Shown piece after piece: positions 9,721 through 18,975 of a DNA stretch of 32,000 nt (its first letter is position 1; each line of letters opens with the position of its first letter). The stretch covers positions 30,001-62,000 of the forward strand of contig JAWCFL010000006.1 in NCBI GenBank assembly GCA_038858525.1, written 5' to 3'. This stretch comes from Candidatus Jordarchaeales archaeon (GTDB lineage Archaea; Asgardarchaeota; Jordiarchaeia; Jordiarchaeales; Freyrarchaeaceae). The position numbers were made by a program, and so were the translations under genes. Under the pieces are notes generated by a model. The model saw only the letters and a list, made by a program, of their open reading frames with translations. It made no database searches and was not told the origin of the DNA.

Positions 9721-10092
9721 ATGTTACTCGGGAAGAATGAGGAAATTGAGAACGTTTTGAGGAAGCTTCAAGAAGATGCTCCACAGATAGAGGGCGCCGC
9801 TGTAGTTAGTGTTGAGGGCTTGCCCATAGCCGCGAGTCTGCCCCCTGAAATAGATGACGTTAGACTTGCAGCTATAACTGCGGCTATTCTCAGCTTGGGT
9901 GAGAGAGCTGTTCAGGAGTTTGAGAAAGGTCTTGTAGACGAGGTCTACGTTAAAGGAAGCGGAGGATACATCTTAGTTATGGGAGCTGGGCCTAACGCCG
10001 TGATAACGGTGAGCGCCTCTAAGGATGCAAATCTCGGCGTTGTGCGGCTCTACATGAAGAGAGCTGCTGAAAAAATTGCAGAGTTACTCTGA
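9721..10092 (+). CDS. Roadblock/LC7 domain protein
   Basis: IEGAAVVSVEGLPIAASLP...LAAITAAILSLGERA...LGVVRL pattern. Confidence 0.9.
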   Translation: MLLGKNEEIENVLRKLQEDAPQIEGAAVVSVEGLPIAASLPPEIDDVRLAAITAAILSLGERAVQEFEKGLVDEVYVKGSGGYILVMGAGPNAVITVSASKDANLGVVRLYMKRAAEKIAELL

Positions 10093-10100
10093 AACCTACT

Positions 10101-10646
10101 CTAAAACTTGCTGAAATATAGTTGCCTGTTTATCCTCGGTATCATAGCCATTAAAACAGATATCTCAGTTAATCTTCTTCTATTCATTATGCCATGTGTT
10201 AAGTATCCTATTGCTCCCTGCTTTCTGCCTAAGTTTTCTATTCCTGTCATCCGACTCATAGCCTCTCCAACCTCTAGTTTTTCTTCAAGCACACGCGTTA
10301 TCACTTGGGGGGGATACTCGAACCCCGGTCCGCATCCTACTGTTAGCCATCCTTCCCTGTCTATTATGGCGCAGTACTGGAAGTCCATGTACCCGGTTTT
10401 CGTTGATGGAACGCTTATAAGTCCTGCTTCTATTCCAACGCCTAAGTTGGCATTTGTTTGGTTAAGTGCATTCTTCGCCCTATTGATCGCTCCTTCAAGC
10501 GTCTGTTCAATGCCTATGGGCTGTTTAGGAATTCCGGGGTCAACTTTGACTGGAATAACCTTGATGCTCCCCATTAATTTATGCATGACGCGCTTTACTG
10601 CGTCTACTTTAACCGGGTTCTCAGACCCTACTGCCACGACAAGCAT
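10101..10646 (-). CDS. yjjX: Inosine/xanthosine triphosphatase (DUF84)
   Basis: VAVGSENPVKV, QPIG...T..GAINRA, GVGIEAGL and GAIGYLTHG.MNR motifs. Confidence 0.92.
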   Translation of the reverse strand: MLVVAVGSENPVKVDAVKRVMHKLMGSIKVIPVKVDPGIPKQPIGIEQTLEGAINRAKNALNQTNANLGVGIEAGLISVPSTKTGYMDFQYCAIIDREGWLTVGCGPGFEYPPQVITRVLEEKLEVGEAMSRMTGIENLGRKQGAIGYLTHGIMNRRRLTEISVLMAMIPRINRQLYFSKF

Positions 10647-10802
10647 AAAACATACCTTCCCATTGCTCGCTGAAAGCCTTATCTAAAATGGAACCTTTTT
10701 TATTTTTTACAGTACTTAAATCTCAAGTTTGAAGGTGAAAATTCTGCTGCGTGCCTCACTAGAAGAACACATTTATGTCACGGTTTTTCGCTCTTTTAGA
10801 GG

Positions 10803-11867
10803 GTGTTCAGGTTGTACGAACGACGCATTTGTCTTCTAAGAGACAAGATGAACGAGTTTGATGCTCTTCTCATGGCTAGCTCGATGAATATAGGATATTT
10901 CACTGGGTTCTTCCCGGGTTTTCAGTCTCTTCTTTTTGTGCCTAGAGATGACGAAGTTGTCCTTTTCTTGTCTAGGGCTGATGCATCTTTAGCTGAAGAG
11001 ACGTGTCGTTTTAGAGTTGAAGTTGTTGGAAAAGAGGGGTACGTTGAAAAGCTTAAGGTCCTTCTAAAAGAGGACGTTAAGAAAGTGGGTGTTGAAGAGT
11101 CTCTTGAAGCTGGGATGTTTTCACGTCTCAAAAGAGAGTTTCCTAGTGTTTCATTTGATTTTTTTGGTGGGCTGTGGGATATTAGAAGTGTTAAGTCTGA
11201 CGAAGAAATTAAGGCGATACGTAAATCTATTGAGATAGCTGAAGCAGGGTTAAGGGCAGCTGTAGAATCAATAAGTGTGGGAGTTCGCGAATGCGACGTG
11301 GCTGCCGAGGCGGAATACGAGATGAGAAGGCTTGGAGCTGAGTCTTTTCCCTTCGAAACTATAGTCGCATCCGGGAGTAGAGGGGCTTCTCCTCACGCAA
11401 CCTGCAGTAAGAGAAAAATAAGGCGGGGAGATGCTGTAGTAATAGACCTCGGAGCAAGATACGAGCATTACTGTTCAGACATTACGAGGACGGTCATAGT
11501 TGGAAGAAACGATAAGATGGAGAAAGCTTTAAGCTTGGTTATAAAAGCTCAAGAAGCCGCTCTCAGCATGGTTAAATCCGAAGTATCATGTAGCGAGCTA
11601 GACTTAGCAGCGAGAAAAGTTCTAGAAAGAGAAGGTTATGAGAAATACTTTCTTCACAGTTTAGGACACGGCATCGGATTAGAGGTTCACGAGCCCCCAT
11701 CAATAAGTTCAACAAACAAAGCCAATATCAGAGAGAAAATGGTTTTCACAATTGAGCCAGGAGTTTACATGCATGGGGTCGGAGGAGTGCGCGTAGAAGA
11801 CACGGTCGTTACTGAGAAAAAGAAGGGCAAGGTTTTAACCAAGCTACCCAAGGAATTTTTTGTTTGA
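10803..11867 (+). CDS. Xaa-Pro aminopeptidase/dipeptidase (M24B)
   Basis: Creatinase-type N-domain, then IDLG..Y..YCSDITRT, HSLGHGIGLEVHEPP, TIEPGVY and GVRVEDTV metal ligands. Confidence 0.93.
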   Translation: MFRLYERRICLLRDKMNEFDALLMASSMNIGYFTGFFPGFQSLLFVPRDDEVVLFLSRADASLAEETCRFRVEVVGKEGYVEKLKVLLKEDVKKVGVEESLEAGMFSRLKREFPSVSFDFFGGLWDIRSVKSDEEIKAIRKSIEIAEAGLRAAVESISVGVRECDVAAEAEYEMRRLGAESFPFETIVASGSRGASPHATCSKRKIRRGDAVVIDLGARYEHYCSDITRTVIVGRNDKMEKALSLVIKAQEAALSMVKSEVSCSELDLAARKVLEREGYEKYFLHSLGHGIGLEVHEPPSISSTNKANIREKMVFTIEPGVYMHGVGGVRVEDTVVTEKKKGKVLTKLPKEFFV

Positions 11868-11870
11868 AGG

Positions 11871-12817
11871 TCAATCTGGCTGGTGCTCGGCGGGCTCTAT
11901 CGGTGTTTTCGTGGGTTTTTCACATCCCCTCTTGGTTACCAGAACAGGAATCTTGGTTACCAGAACAGGAATTTCCAGCCTTAATCCTCCCACTCCAGGC
12001 TTATTTATCTGGAGGTAAAGTTCTTCAACCATTCCTTCTCTAAACTCATAGCTCGTCCAAGGCTCAAAGATAGTTATCGGCGGATACCACTCATGTCCGA
12101 CTATTCCTATTCCGTGGCCGAAGACTGGTGGCGTATGTGGCGCATACTCCGTCTTATTGAGCTTCTCCATGATTTTTTTCGCGACCTCGCCGACAGTTAC
12201 CCCCGGCGCAACGTTGTCTATTAAAATATAGGAAAGCTCGACGAACGTTTCAATCATCTTCCTCTGTTCGTTGTCTGCCTTCTCCATGACGACGTTGTAT
12301 GCGAGGTCAGAATAGTAGAGTTCATATGTAGAGTGCAACTACCATTACTATTTCTCCTTCTCTGATAACCTTATTTGATGGAGGGGTGCAGCCGCACCTC
12401 GAATACCCACCCCTATAACCTGACGCTACCTCGTCCCCTCCCGTTATCGGCCAATTCCACATCGAGCCGAGTTCTCTCATCACCTTCTCTCCCGCTCCAA
12501 GGACGCTGCCTCGGTTACTCCTACTCTCAGAGCCCTCAAGGCAGCCTTTATCCCCTCATCAGCTATGCTGGCAGCTTTCCTCATCCTCTCTATTTCAGCT
12601 GGCTCCTTGATCACCACAGCCTCATTCATAACCTTTGAAGCGTTAACAAAGGTGGCGTCAGGAAGCTTCTCCTTCAGCATTGTGTACTCTGCTTGATTTA
12701 TCACGCCTTCAATGAGACGCGGCGTCACCTCCGCTTCTATACCTATAACTGCTTTTTCAAGTCCCAGTTCCTTAATTCTGCTAGCAACCTGTTCAGGCCA
12801 ATAATAACCGTTGTCGG
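11871..12817 (-). pseudogene. Second M24 peptidase, pseudogene: 5'-truncated by IS607, with two frameshifts
   Basis: Three frames join to ...SDNGYYWPEQVASRIKELGLEK...IKEPAEIERMRKAA...VGVTE[fs ~12505]VLGAGEKVMRELGS...EIVMV[fs ~12340]LHSTYELYYSDLA...GHGIG..GHE...; the N-terminus is not found beyond the IS. Confidence 0.8.
11931..11972. repeat. Perfect 21-bp tandem duplication (IPVLVTK x2) in the peptidase pseudogene
   Basis: CTTGGTTACCAGAACAGGAAT at 11931-11951 and 11952-11972. Confidence 0.95.
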
Positions 12818-12910
12818 ATAGTTAATTTTTTATAACTATCCGTTCCACCTCGGCTAAAGCCTCATGGGTGGCTTTCGCCGCCAACGGTAAAGGACGGCAC
12901 ATGGAGAGTT
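12816..12910 (-). ncRNA. Putative TnpB reRNA (omegaRNA) scaffold overlapping the tnpB 3' end
   Basis: ATGTGCCG..CCGTT..CGGCGAAAGCC..CCCATGA (12902-12862), shared with IS607 #2, followed by a 10-bp perfect inverted repeat (12815-12824 / 12833-12842). TnpB reRNAs are known to overlap the tnpB 3' end and the right end. Confidence 0.6.
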
Positions 12911-13997
12911 TTCCAGCTATGTTCCAAGCGGCGACCAAGTGTCTATCTGCTTGGAAGCCGCACCGCCTGCATTTGAAGACGTGCCCATTCGGCTTACTAA
13001 TTTCGCCACACATCGATGTCCTAGAGGTGTTTTCAGGCTTAACGGTTTCAGGCTTAAAGCCATGCTCCATCCCCTTATAGGAGATGTAGAACTGGATTCT
13101 TCTGAATGGTATGCTGTGGAGCCTCCTATTCATCACCCCACCATACCGAATCCTCTCCCTTATGTGGGTGAGCTCCTCCATTACAGGCTTAACGTTTTCC
13201 TCGGCAACCACACCAGCTACAATCTTCGCCGCCCTATGAAGTACGTCGTTCACCCTCCGCCTCTCCCTCCCAGAATACTTCGATAACAGCTCAGCTTTTG
13301 TCTCCCCCGAGGTCTTACCCTGAATGCTCCTCCTCTTCCTGAAGTACCTGCCTCTAATGTGTTTCGCCTCACTTATATCTATCTTGATGAACCTGACCTT
13401 ACCCGGCTTCACAACAGCCAAGTCTATACTACACTCGTTAACATCGATGCCCAGCACGCCTTCGGACTTTCTCTCCTCAACCGTCCTCCTAAAAGTAACA
13501 TGAAGATAGTATTCGTTATTAAATTTTACAAGCCTTGAGCCTTTAACCTGCCAACCCATGAACTTCATCGAATGCTCATGAACCCTGAACGGAATCGCGA
13601 TGTGTCCTTTGTGCGTAGCCAGCCTTACGCATCCCCAACTGAACCAGAACAGGTGGGCGTCGTCCAAAAGAATGGTGTTTAGTTTCTCAATTCTTGGAGG
13701 GTTAATTTCCCCCCTCTTCCTAGAGAGCCTCCTGTAGGACTTGAATATGCTTAGAGCTTGTGTTATAGCCGTATAAATGTAATGGGATGGGTGGTTCGGA
13801 TACTTCGTCCTCAGCTCCTTATAAATTGCTTCATGAAGCCTCCTACGTGAGGTCACATTTAGATTCATAGCCCTATCTAGGCATGCTTTAACCATTTCGG
13901 AATAGCTCTTGAAGAGATCCTCGAGAACGATTGCTTGTTCATCGTTGGGCTGGAGCTTAAACTTGCAGGTCTCATTCAGCAATAAGCTGCCTGACAC
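12822..13997 (-). CDS. tnpB: TnpB (IS607-associated RuvC-family RNA-guided nuclease), probably catalytically impaired
   Basis: GIDVN (RuvC-I), MEEL (RuvC-II), C-terminal CRRCG..ADRHLVAAWNI; open ORF of 391 aa. Confidence 0.9.
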   Translation of the reverse strand: MSGSLLLNETCKFKLQPNDEQAIVLEDLFKSYSEMVKACLDRAMNLNVTSRRRLHEAIYKELRTKYPNHPSHYIYTAITQALSIFKSYRRLSRKRGEINPPRIEKLNTILLDDAHLFWFSWGCVRLATHKGHIAIPFRVHEHSMKFMGWQVKGSRLVKFNNEYYLHVTFRRTVEERKSEGVLGIDVNECSIDLAVVKPGKVRFIKIDISEAKHIRGRYFRKRRSIQGKTSGETKAELLSKYSGRERRRVNDVLHRAAKIVAGVVAEENVKPVMEELTHIRERIRYGGVMNRRLHSIPFRRIQFYISYKGMEHGFKPETVKPENTSRTSMCGEISKPNGHVFKCRRCGFQADRHLVAAWNIAGKLSMCRPLPLAAKATHEALAEVERIVIKN

Positions 13998-14605
13998 TCT
14001 TAACCACCTTCTCGTACTTGTGGCTTCTCAAACCATAGAGCTTTTCAGCAAAGCTTGAAACCAAAGCGATGAGATCCTCTATTGATAGGCGTCTTTAGGC
14101 TCTTCACCATTAACGACTTTGATTTTTACGTTGTGAGGGGCGAAGTAACGCTCTAGGTGTTTGAAGCCGAACCTCGTAAGCCTATCCTTAAAAGCTATTC
14201 TTGAAAGCTATTATGACGGCTCCTACCTCTCTTTTCTCGACCATATCAAAGATCTTGTTCAGGGACTTTCTGTTTTCGTTGAGCCTGCTTGCCGCGTCCT
14301 CTAAGATCGCGATAACTTCATTTTAGGTTTGGCGTAACTCGGTAAACTTTGCTTTTGCCTCTCTAGATCTCCTTTCTGTTTCTGGTCATGGGGGGGAACT
14401 CTGGTATAAATCACGGCTTTTTGGGCGTGTCTGGTTTGGCGATGCCCATCAAACGTTCAACTTCACTTTCAGGTATCCTCCTCCTACCACCAACAGTCCT
14501 AACAACTCTAATTTTACCTTGTTTATCCCATTTTCTAAGCGTATTTGGGTGAATGCCTGATCTCTCGCAGGCTTCGCTGAGCGTCAGCAACCTCTCAATC
14601 ATCAT
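13972..14605 (-). pseudogene. tnpA: IS607 TnpA serine recombinase pseudogene #1
   Basis: HTH (LRKWDKQGKI..RTVGGRRRIPESEV), then frameshifted KAVIYTRVPPHDQKQKGDLERQ, ILEDAAS.LNENRK, KDRLTRFGF and EDLIALVSSFAEKLYG.RSH. At least four frame breaks, including a 13-bp near-duplication (AATAGCTTTYAAG); catalytic RVS is changed to RVP. Confidence 0.88.
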
Positions 14606-14868
14606 ACAAAAATGTTAAGAAGTGTTATATAAAGTTATCTATTCAGGAACTGATGCAAACCCTCACCGAAGCAGAACCTCTACTAGGCGACAACAATGGA
14701 GCAGCGCAGCCTCAAAGCGCCACTCATGTCCCCTCCTAAACCAAGAATAATAGGTCACAGAGTGGGGATGCAGAATTTCCTCTCCTTCCCTGAGAAAGAA
14801 AGGTTGGCACTCCCTTTTTGGGTCTAAGTTTTTATTTTTCTTTTTCTAAGTTTAGTTGGGTGTGACCG

Positions 14869-16695
14869 TTGAGCGGGTTGAGTGACCGGAGGAGTCTCTT
14901 TTTCACTGATTTTGATGGGCGCTTCAGAGCTAGGCTGAGCAAGGTTGAGCCTGCTAGAGCTGCGTCGGACGAGCGGCTTGGCACGTCTGCTCCATACGCC
15001 TGCACGGTGCTCGTCGAGTACGATAGGGAGCTGCTGAGGCTTCTCGACGTCGGCATGCTTCTCGCAGTCAGGAACTTTAAGAGTGGGGGAGGAGTGGAGC
15101 GCTACACCCTCATGGAGCTGTCCCGCTTCTGGCCTGAGCACTTCGGCCTCATGGGTGTTAAGGAGCACCAATATTTCCCCATGCAGTTCGAGGTTATAGA
15201 GCAAACAGTCCAGGACTGGGAGACTGAGGATAAGGCGACCATGGCTATATACATTTCAGCGATACCTGTGAACTACGACCTCGTGGTCTCGGGCGAGTCT
15301 GCAGAATATGTTCGAGGCTTTTCCTATCCTGTAGTTGGCGAGCAGGTCTATGTCCTTAACAGGGAAATGATAAAGAGCATGTATAACCGAGGCGTTGCAG
15401 ATAAGGTTCAGGGGGAAGGAGGGCACGTTGGGAGCCTGAAGATGTTCGAGTCCGCAGGCGAGGAAATCCCCATATACGTCGACTATGAGTCCCTTGTCCG
15501 GTACCACTTTGGCATATTCGCCTTTACTGGAGGCGGGAAGAGCAACCTGCTCGCGACTCTTATAAGGAAGATAATGCGCCACACTCGGGACACGAAGGTC
15601 ATAGTCTTTGATATATCCTGCGAGTATCCCTTCCTCCTCATGGACCTATTAGCGGACCCATCGATTCCATCCATGGTTGTATTGGAACGGATGGTCGACT
15701 CGCCTCAGGAGTTCAGCCTCTCCATAGTTAAGCCGAAAAGGTACGAAAACGACCCGCGCGTCCTTAAGGGGCTCGGAAGGATCCTTTCTATGGGCAGAGT
15801 TACGCACCTTGTGAGGCGTAGCGTTGAGACGCCAACGTTCGCAGACATATTTCAGACACTCGATAGCTTAGCGAGCGCGAACGCTGATAAGCCAAACTAC
15901 GTGAACGCCATCACCGAGATAAGAATGTTCACGGACAGCTATATGACGTCTAGAGGTTACGTGGAGGAGGACGAGATAGACGAGGAGTACGTGAAACACC
16001 TGGACGAGCACGTGGACTACTTCAGGTCAACCTACTCGATCTACGAGAGAAGCAACCTTTACGGGTGGATTTCCTCCCTGAAAACGATATACTCGAAGAT
16101 CAAGGAGAGGAGCGCTGAGGAGGAGGTTGCAGGGGGAGTCGCCCCGAAAACAATATCCGAAAAGCTGTTCGAGAGCGACCTAAGACTCATATGCCTATCG
16201 ATAGGGGACCCCGAAACCATCAAGCAACTGACGATAAACACCGTCAGAAGCGCCCTATCTAGGAGAAAGAGGGAGTTCAGCGTTAAGCCATATATCCTCT
16301 TCGTCTGGGATGAAGCGCAGGAGTTCGCCCCCGCCCCCGACAAGGCAAGAGGAGTAGAGAAAACATGTTCCGAGGAGGTTGAAAGGCTCCTCAGGCAAGG
16401 GCGAAAGTACGGGTTGGGAGGATGCCTCGTAACGCAGCGCATAGCCCACCTGAACACCTCAGCCCTACAGCAACTCCACACATACTTTGTCGGCACTCTC
16501 CCGAGACCCTACGATAGGGGACTGATCAGCAACACATTCATGGTGGACAGGGAGATCCTCGAAAGGACACTGGAATTCACGCCCGGAGAATGGCTCCTCT
16601 CAAGCTACATCGCAACAGGAATAACCAACGTGCCGATATTCATAAAGTCGGAAGACACCGAGCAACAACTAGACAAATTCATGAACACATTATGA
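14869..16695 (+). CDS. HerA/FtsK-superfamily ATPase (DUF87-like)
   Basis: N-terminal barrel-like region, HFGIFAFTGGGKS Walker A, FDISCEY, WDEAQEF Walker B, RQGRKYGLG..LVTQR. Confidence 0.88.
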   Translation: MSGLSDRRSLFFTDFDGRFRARLSKVEPARAASDERLGTSAPYACTVLVEYDRELLRLLDVGMLLAVRNFKSGGGVERYTLMELSRFWPEHFGLMGVKEHQYFPMQFEVIEQTVQDWETEDKATMAIYISAIPVNYDLVVSGESAEYVRGFSYPVVGEQVYVLNREMIKSMYNRGVADKVQGEGGHVGSLKMFESAGEEIPIYVDYESLVRYHFGIFAFTGGGKSNLLATLIRKIMRHTRDTKVIVFDISCEYPFLLMDLLADPSIPSMVVLERMVDSPQEFSLSIVKPKRYENDPRVLKGLGRILSMGRVTHLVRRSVETPTFADIFQTLDSLASANADKPNYVNAITEIRMFTDSYMTSRGYVEEDEIDEEYVKHLDEHVDYFRSTYSIYERSNLYGWISSLKTIYSKIKERSAEEEVAGGVAPKTISEKLFESDLRLICLSIGDPETIKQLTINTVRSALSRRKREFSVKPYILFVWDEAQEFAPAPDKARGVEKTCSEEVERLLRQGRKYGLGGCLVTQRIAHLNTSALQQLHTYFVGTLPRPYDRGLISNTFMVDREILERTLEFTPGEWLLSSYIATGITNVPIFIKSEDTEQQLDKFMNTL

Positions 16696-17133
16696 AAAAC
16701 TAGAGAAAAATGGAATTTTTGACCAAAAACTCGCAGACCTCTCGCACAAAAAAGTTTTTCAACCCGCCTCTCAGTTAACGGAAGCCACTCGAAACACATC
16801 AATCTCGCCTCCGATGAACATACCCCCACATTCATAGGCAGCACCCCCTACTCTTTACGTGTAGCATTCCCGCTTTAGCCGCCCCCATCCCAGGCAGCAA
16901 TTAAAGTTAAGTCATCCTCGCTGAACTCTTACGTTCTTAATTTTTCAACAAGATGTTGAGTCTACTACTTGGCCACCATCAATGAAAACCTTCTTTTTGC
17001 AAAAATCGCATAAAAAAGAGACACTAATGCTTTCTCGTCACACATCGCTTAAATCTTTCGCTTAACTACTGCATGATTTGAATGTTTTTATGAGAAAATA
17101 TATTTTCAAAAACCATTTATAAAAAATCGGTGA

Positions 17134-17610
17134 GTGATGGAGGATGAATTTATGCACGAAGCGCAAAAGAGAATTGTGTGCATGTTTTTCGTATTGCTTT
17201 TAGCATCCGCCCTAACACTCAGCACGGCAGCCTCCTCTGTGAGCGCAGACACCCAACAGGCTCTTGCTCCTAGTAGCACTGCATCAGCTCAAGCCGCCCA
17301 AGGTGGAATTTCGCCTTCTGCTTTACCACTATGCTTCGACTTGATAGGAGCATTATCCGCCGCTCTGGGTGCAGTAATTAACGCCATTGTTAGTGGAGTT
17401 CTCGGAGCAATGGGCAACGTGATAGGCGCCTTAATGGCTGGGCTTGCCAGCTTCATCGCCGGAATAATTGCCAGCATAGTCTCTGCTGTTTTAGGCGTTA
17501 TTGCCACAGTAATCGTGGCGATAATCGCAGCTTTAATCGGAGGGATATTCGGGGGAGAAAAACCCCAAAGCGAGCAACCCGGAGAAAACGCGACAGCACA
17601 TTTTCTCTAA
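17134..17610 (+). CDS. Hypothetical exported/membrane protein with a long Gly/Ala-rich hydrophobic helix
   Basis: TTTATAAA TATA-like box and GGTGA upstream; signal-peptide-like KRIVCMFFVLLLASALTL..VSA; a ~72-aa uncharged stretch. Confidence 0.65.
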   Translation: MMEDEFMHEAQKRIVCMFFVLLLASALTLSTAASSVSADTQQALAPSSTASAQAAQGGISPSALPLCFDLIGALSAALGAVINAIVSGVLGAMGNVIGALMAGLASFIAGIIASIVSAVLGVIATVIVAIIAALIGGIFGGEKPQSEQPGENATAHFL

Positions 17611-18186
17611 AATCTCTCTGAAGAATCGCTGAACGAGCCTGACTTCAAAAGCGTTAAGCATCGAGGACTTTGGTTAAATCCATCACGTGCTTTTTTCATT
17701 CTTTTTGTTACATCCAAAATATTGAGACATACAAATAAATTGAGATATAAAGTGAGGAATAAACTGCAAAGTGCATCGTCAATCAATAATAGCATTTTTG
17801 GCCCTAGATTCTTGAACGGCAAGGTTCCTCGTAGTTAACACGGAATTTCTCCGCCGTTCCTAAAATCTGACCTGGCAACTGCACTTCACCATTCCCCACC
17901 ATAGTTACAATTTTTTAACCTTCAACTTACTTGGTTTTTCTGAGAACGAGCACAGAAACGCACACTGAAAGACCTCGAAGTAGTTTATCATCAGCGAATT
18001 CAAATGCAGGCGTTCAGCGCCTTAGCGCACCTTAAAGCCCTAAAGTTAACATTAACTGTTTCTAGGTTGCTAAAATATTCTCCATGAACACTCCACAAGA
18101 GAAAAATCATCTTCGCAAAGGGGGGTTAATAAACAGTTTCTATCTAATATAAAGTTTATTATCTTGCATATAACTTTGGTGACCTT

Positions 18187-18802
18187 GTGCCTGAGAAGCT
18201 CTACACTAATGGTGAGGTTGCGAGGACTTTCGGGGCTTCCTATGTCGCTGTTAAGAAGTGGGCTTATTCTGGTAAGGTTAGGCTTATTAAGACGCCTGGC
18301 GGGAAGTATAGGTTTCCCGAGAGCGAGGTAAAGCGGCTTCTTGGAGGGCGGACTCCGAAGGGAAGGGCTGTGATTTACGACAGAGTGGGTGCAGCTGACC
18401 AGTGGGAGGATTTGGAGAGACAGAAGCAAAGGCTCATTAGGTATGCCAAGAGTAGCGGCTACAGGATATAGTGGTTCTTGAGGACATAGCTTCCGGGTTA
18501 AACGAAGAATAGGAAGAGCTTGATGAGGCTTTTTGAAGTGGTTTCACAGAAACAAGTGGAGGTCGTCTTCATAACATAGGGATAGGCTTACAAGGTTCGG
18601 CTTCAAGTATTTAGAGGCATTCTTTAATTCTCATGGCTGTAGAATAGAGTGCTTAGATGCTGAAGAAGTTAAGGAGCCACAACAAGAGCTTATAGATCTA
18701 ATAGCCATAGTTACGAGCTTTGCTGGGAGAATCTATGGAGCGAGAAGCAATAAGAAGCGGAGGGTTGTGGAGGCTGTTGAGCAGACGATTAGAAACAATT
18801 AA
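18187..18802 (+). pseudogene. tnpA: IS607 TnpA pseudogene #2
   Basis: VKKWAYSGK...TPGGKYRFPESEV, AVIYDRVG (catalytic Ser lost), DLERQ, then shifted EDIASGLNE, RDRLTRFGFKYL and DLIAIVTSFAGRIYGARS; at least three frame breaks. Confidence 0.88.
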
Positions 18803-18975
18803 ACTAGCGGCGAGCTTCAAGCTGAATGGTTTTGTGCCAGACCGAGTTATTCCAAGCCTACAGGCAGATATTAAGCGAGCTCTTAGACTATGCCTGCGAT
18901 AGGGGAGTCTCAAGCTTTAAGCGCTTAAAGTCCGAGAAGTATTGTGACTTAAGGGCGAGGTACCCGAGCTTGCCT

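Larger units (their letters stand above)
12816..14647 (-). mobile_element. IS607-family element #1 (tnpA pseudogene + tnpB); ends approximate
   Basis: MerR-HTH/serine-recombinase tnpA followed by tnpB; a CC (GG on +) dinucleotide at both inferred ends (12816-12817 and 14646-14647); TTTATATA TATA box ~14625-14632 upstream of tnpA. Confidence 0.8.
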
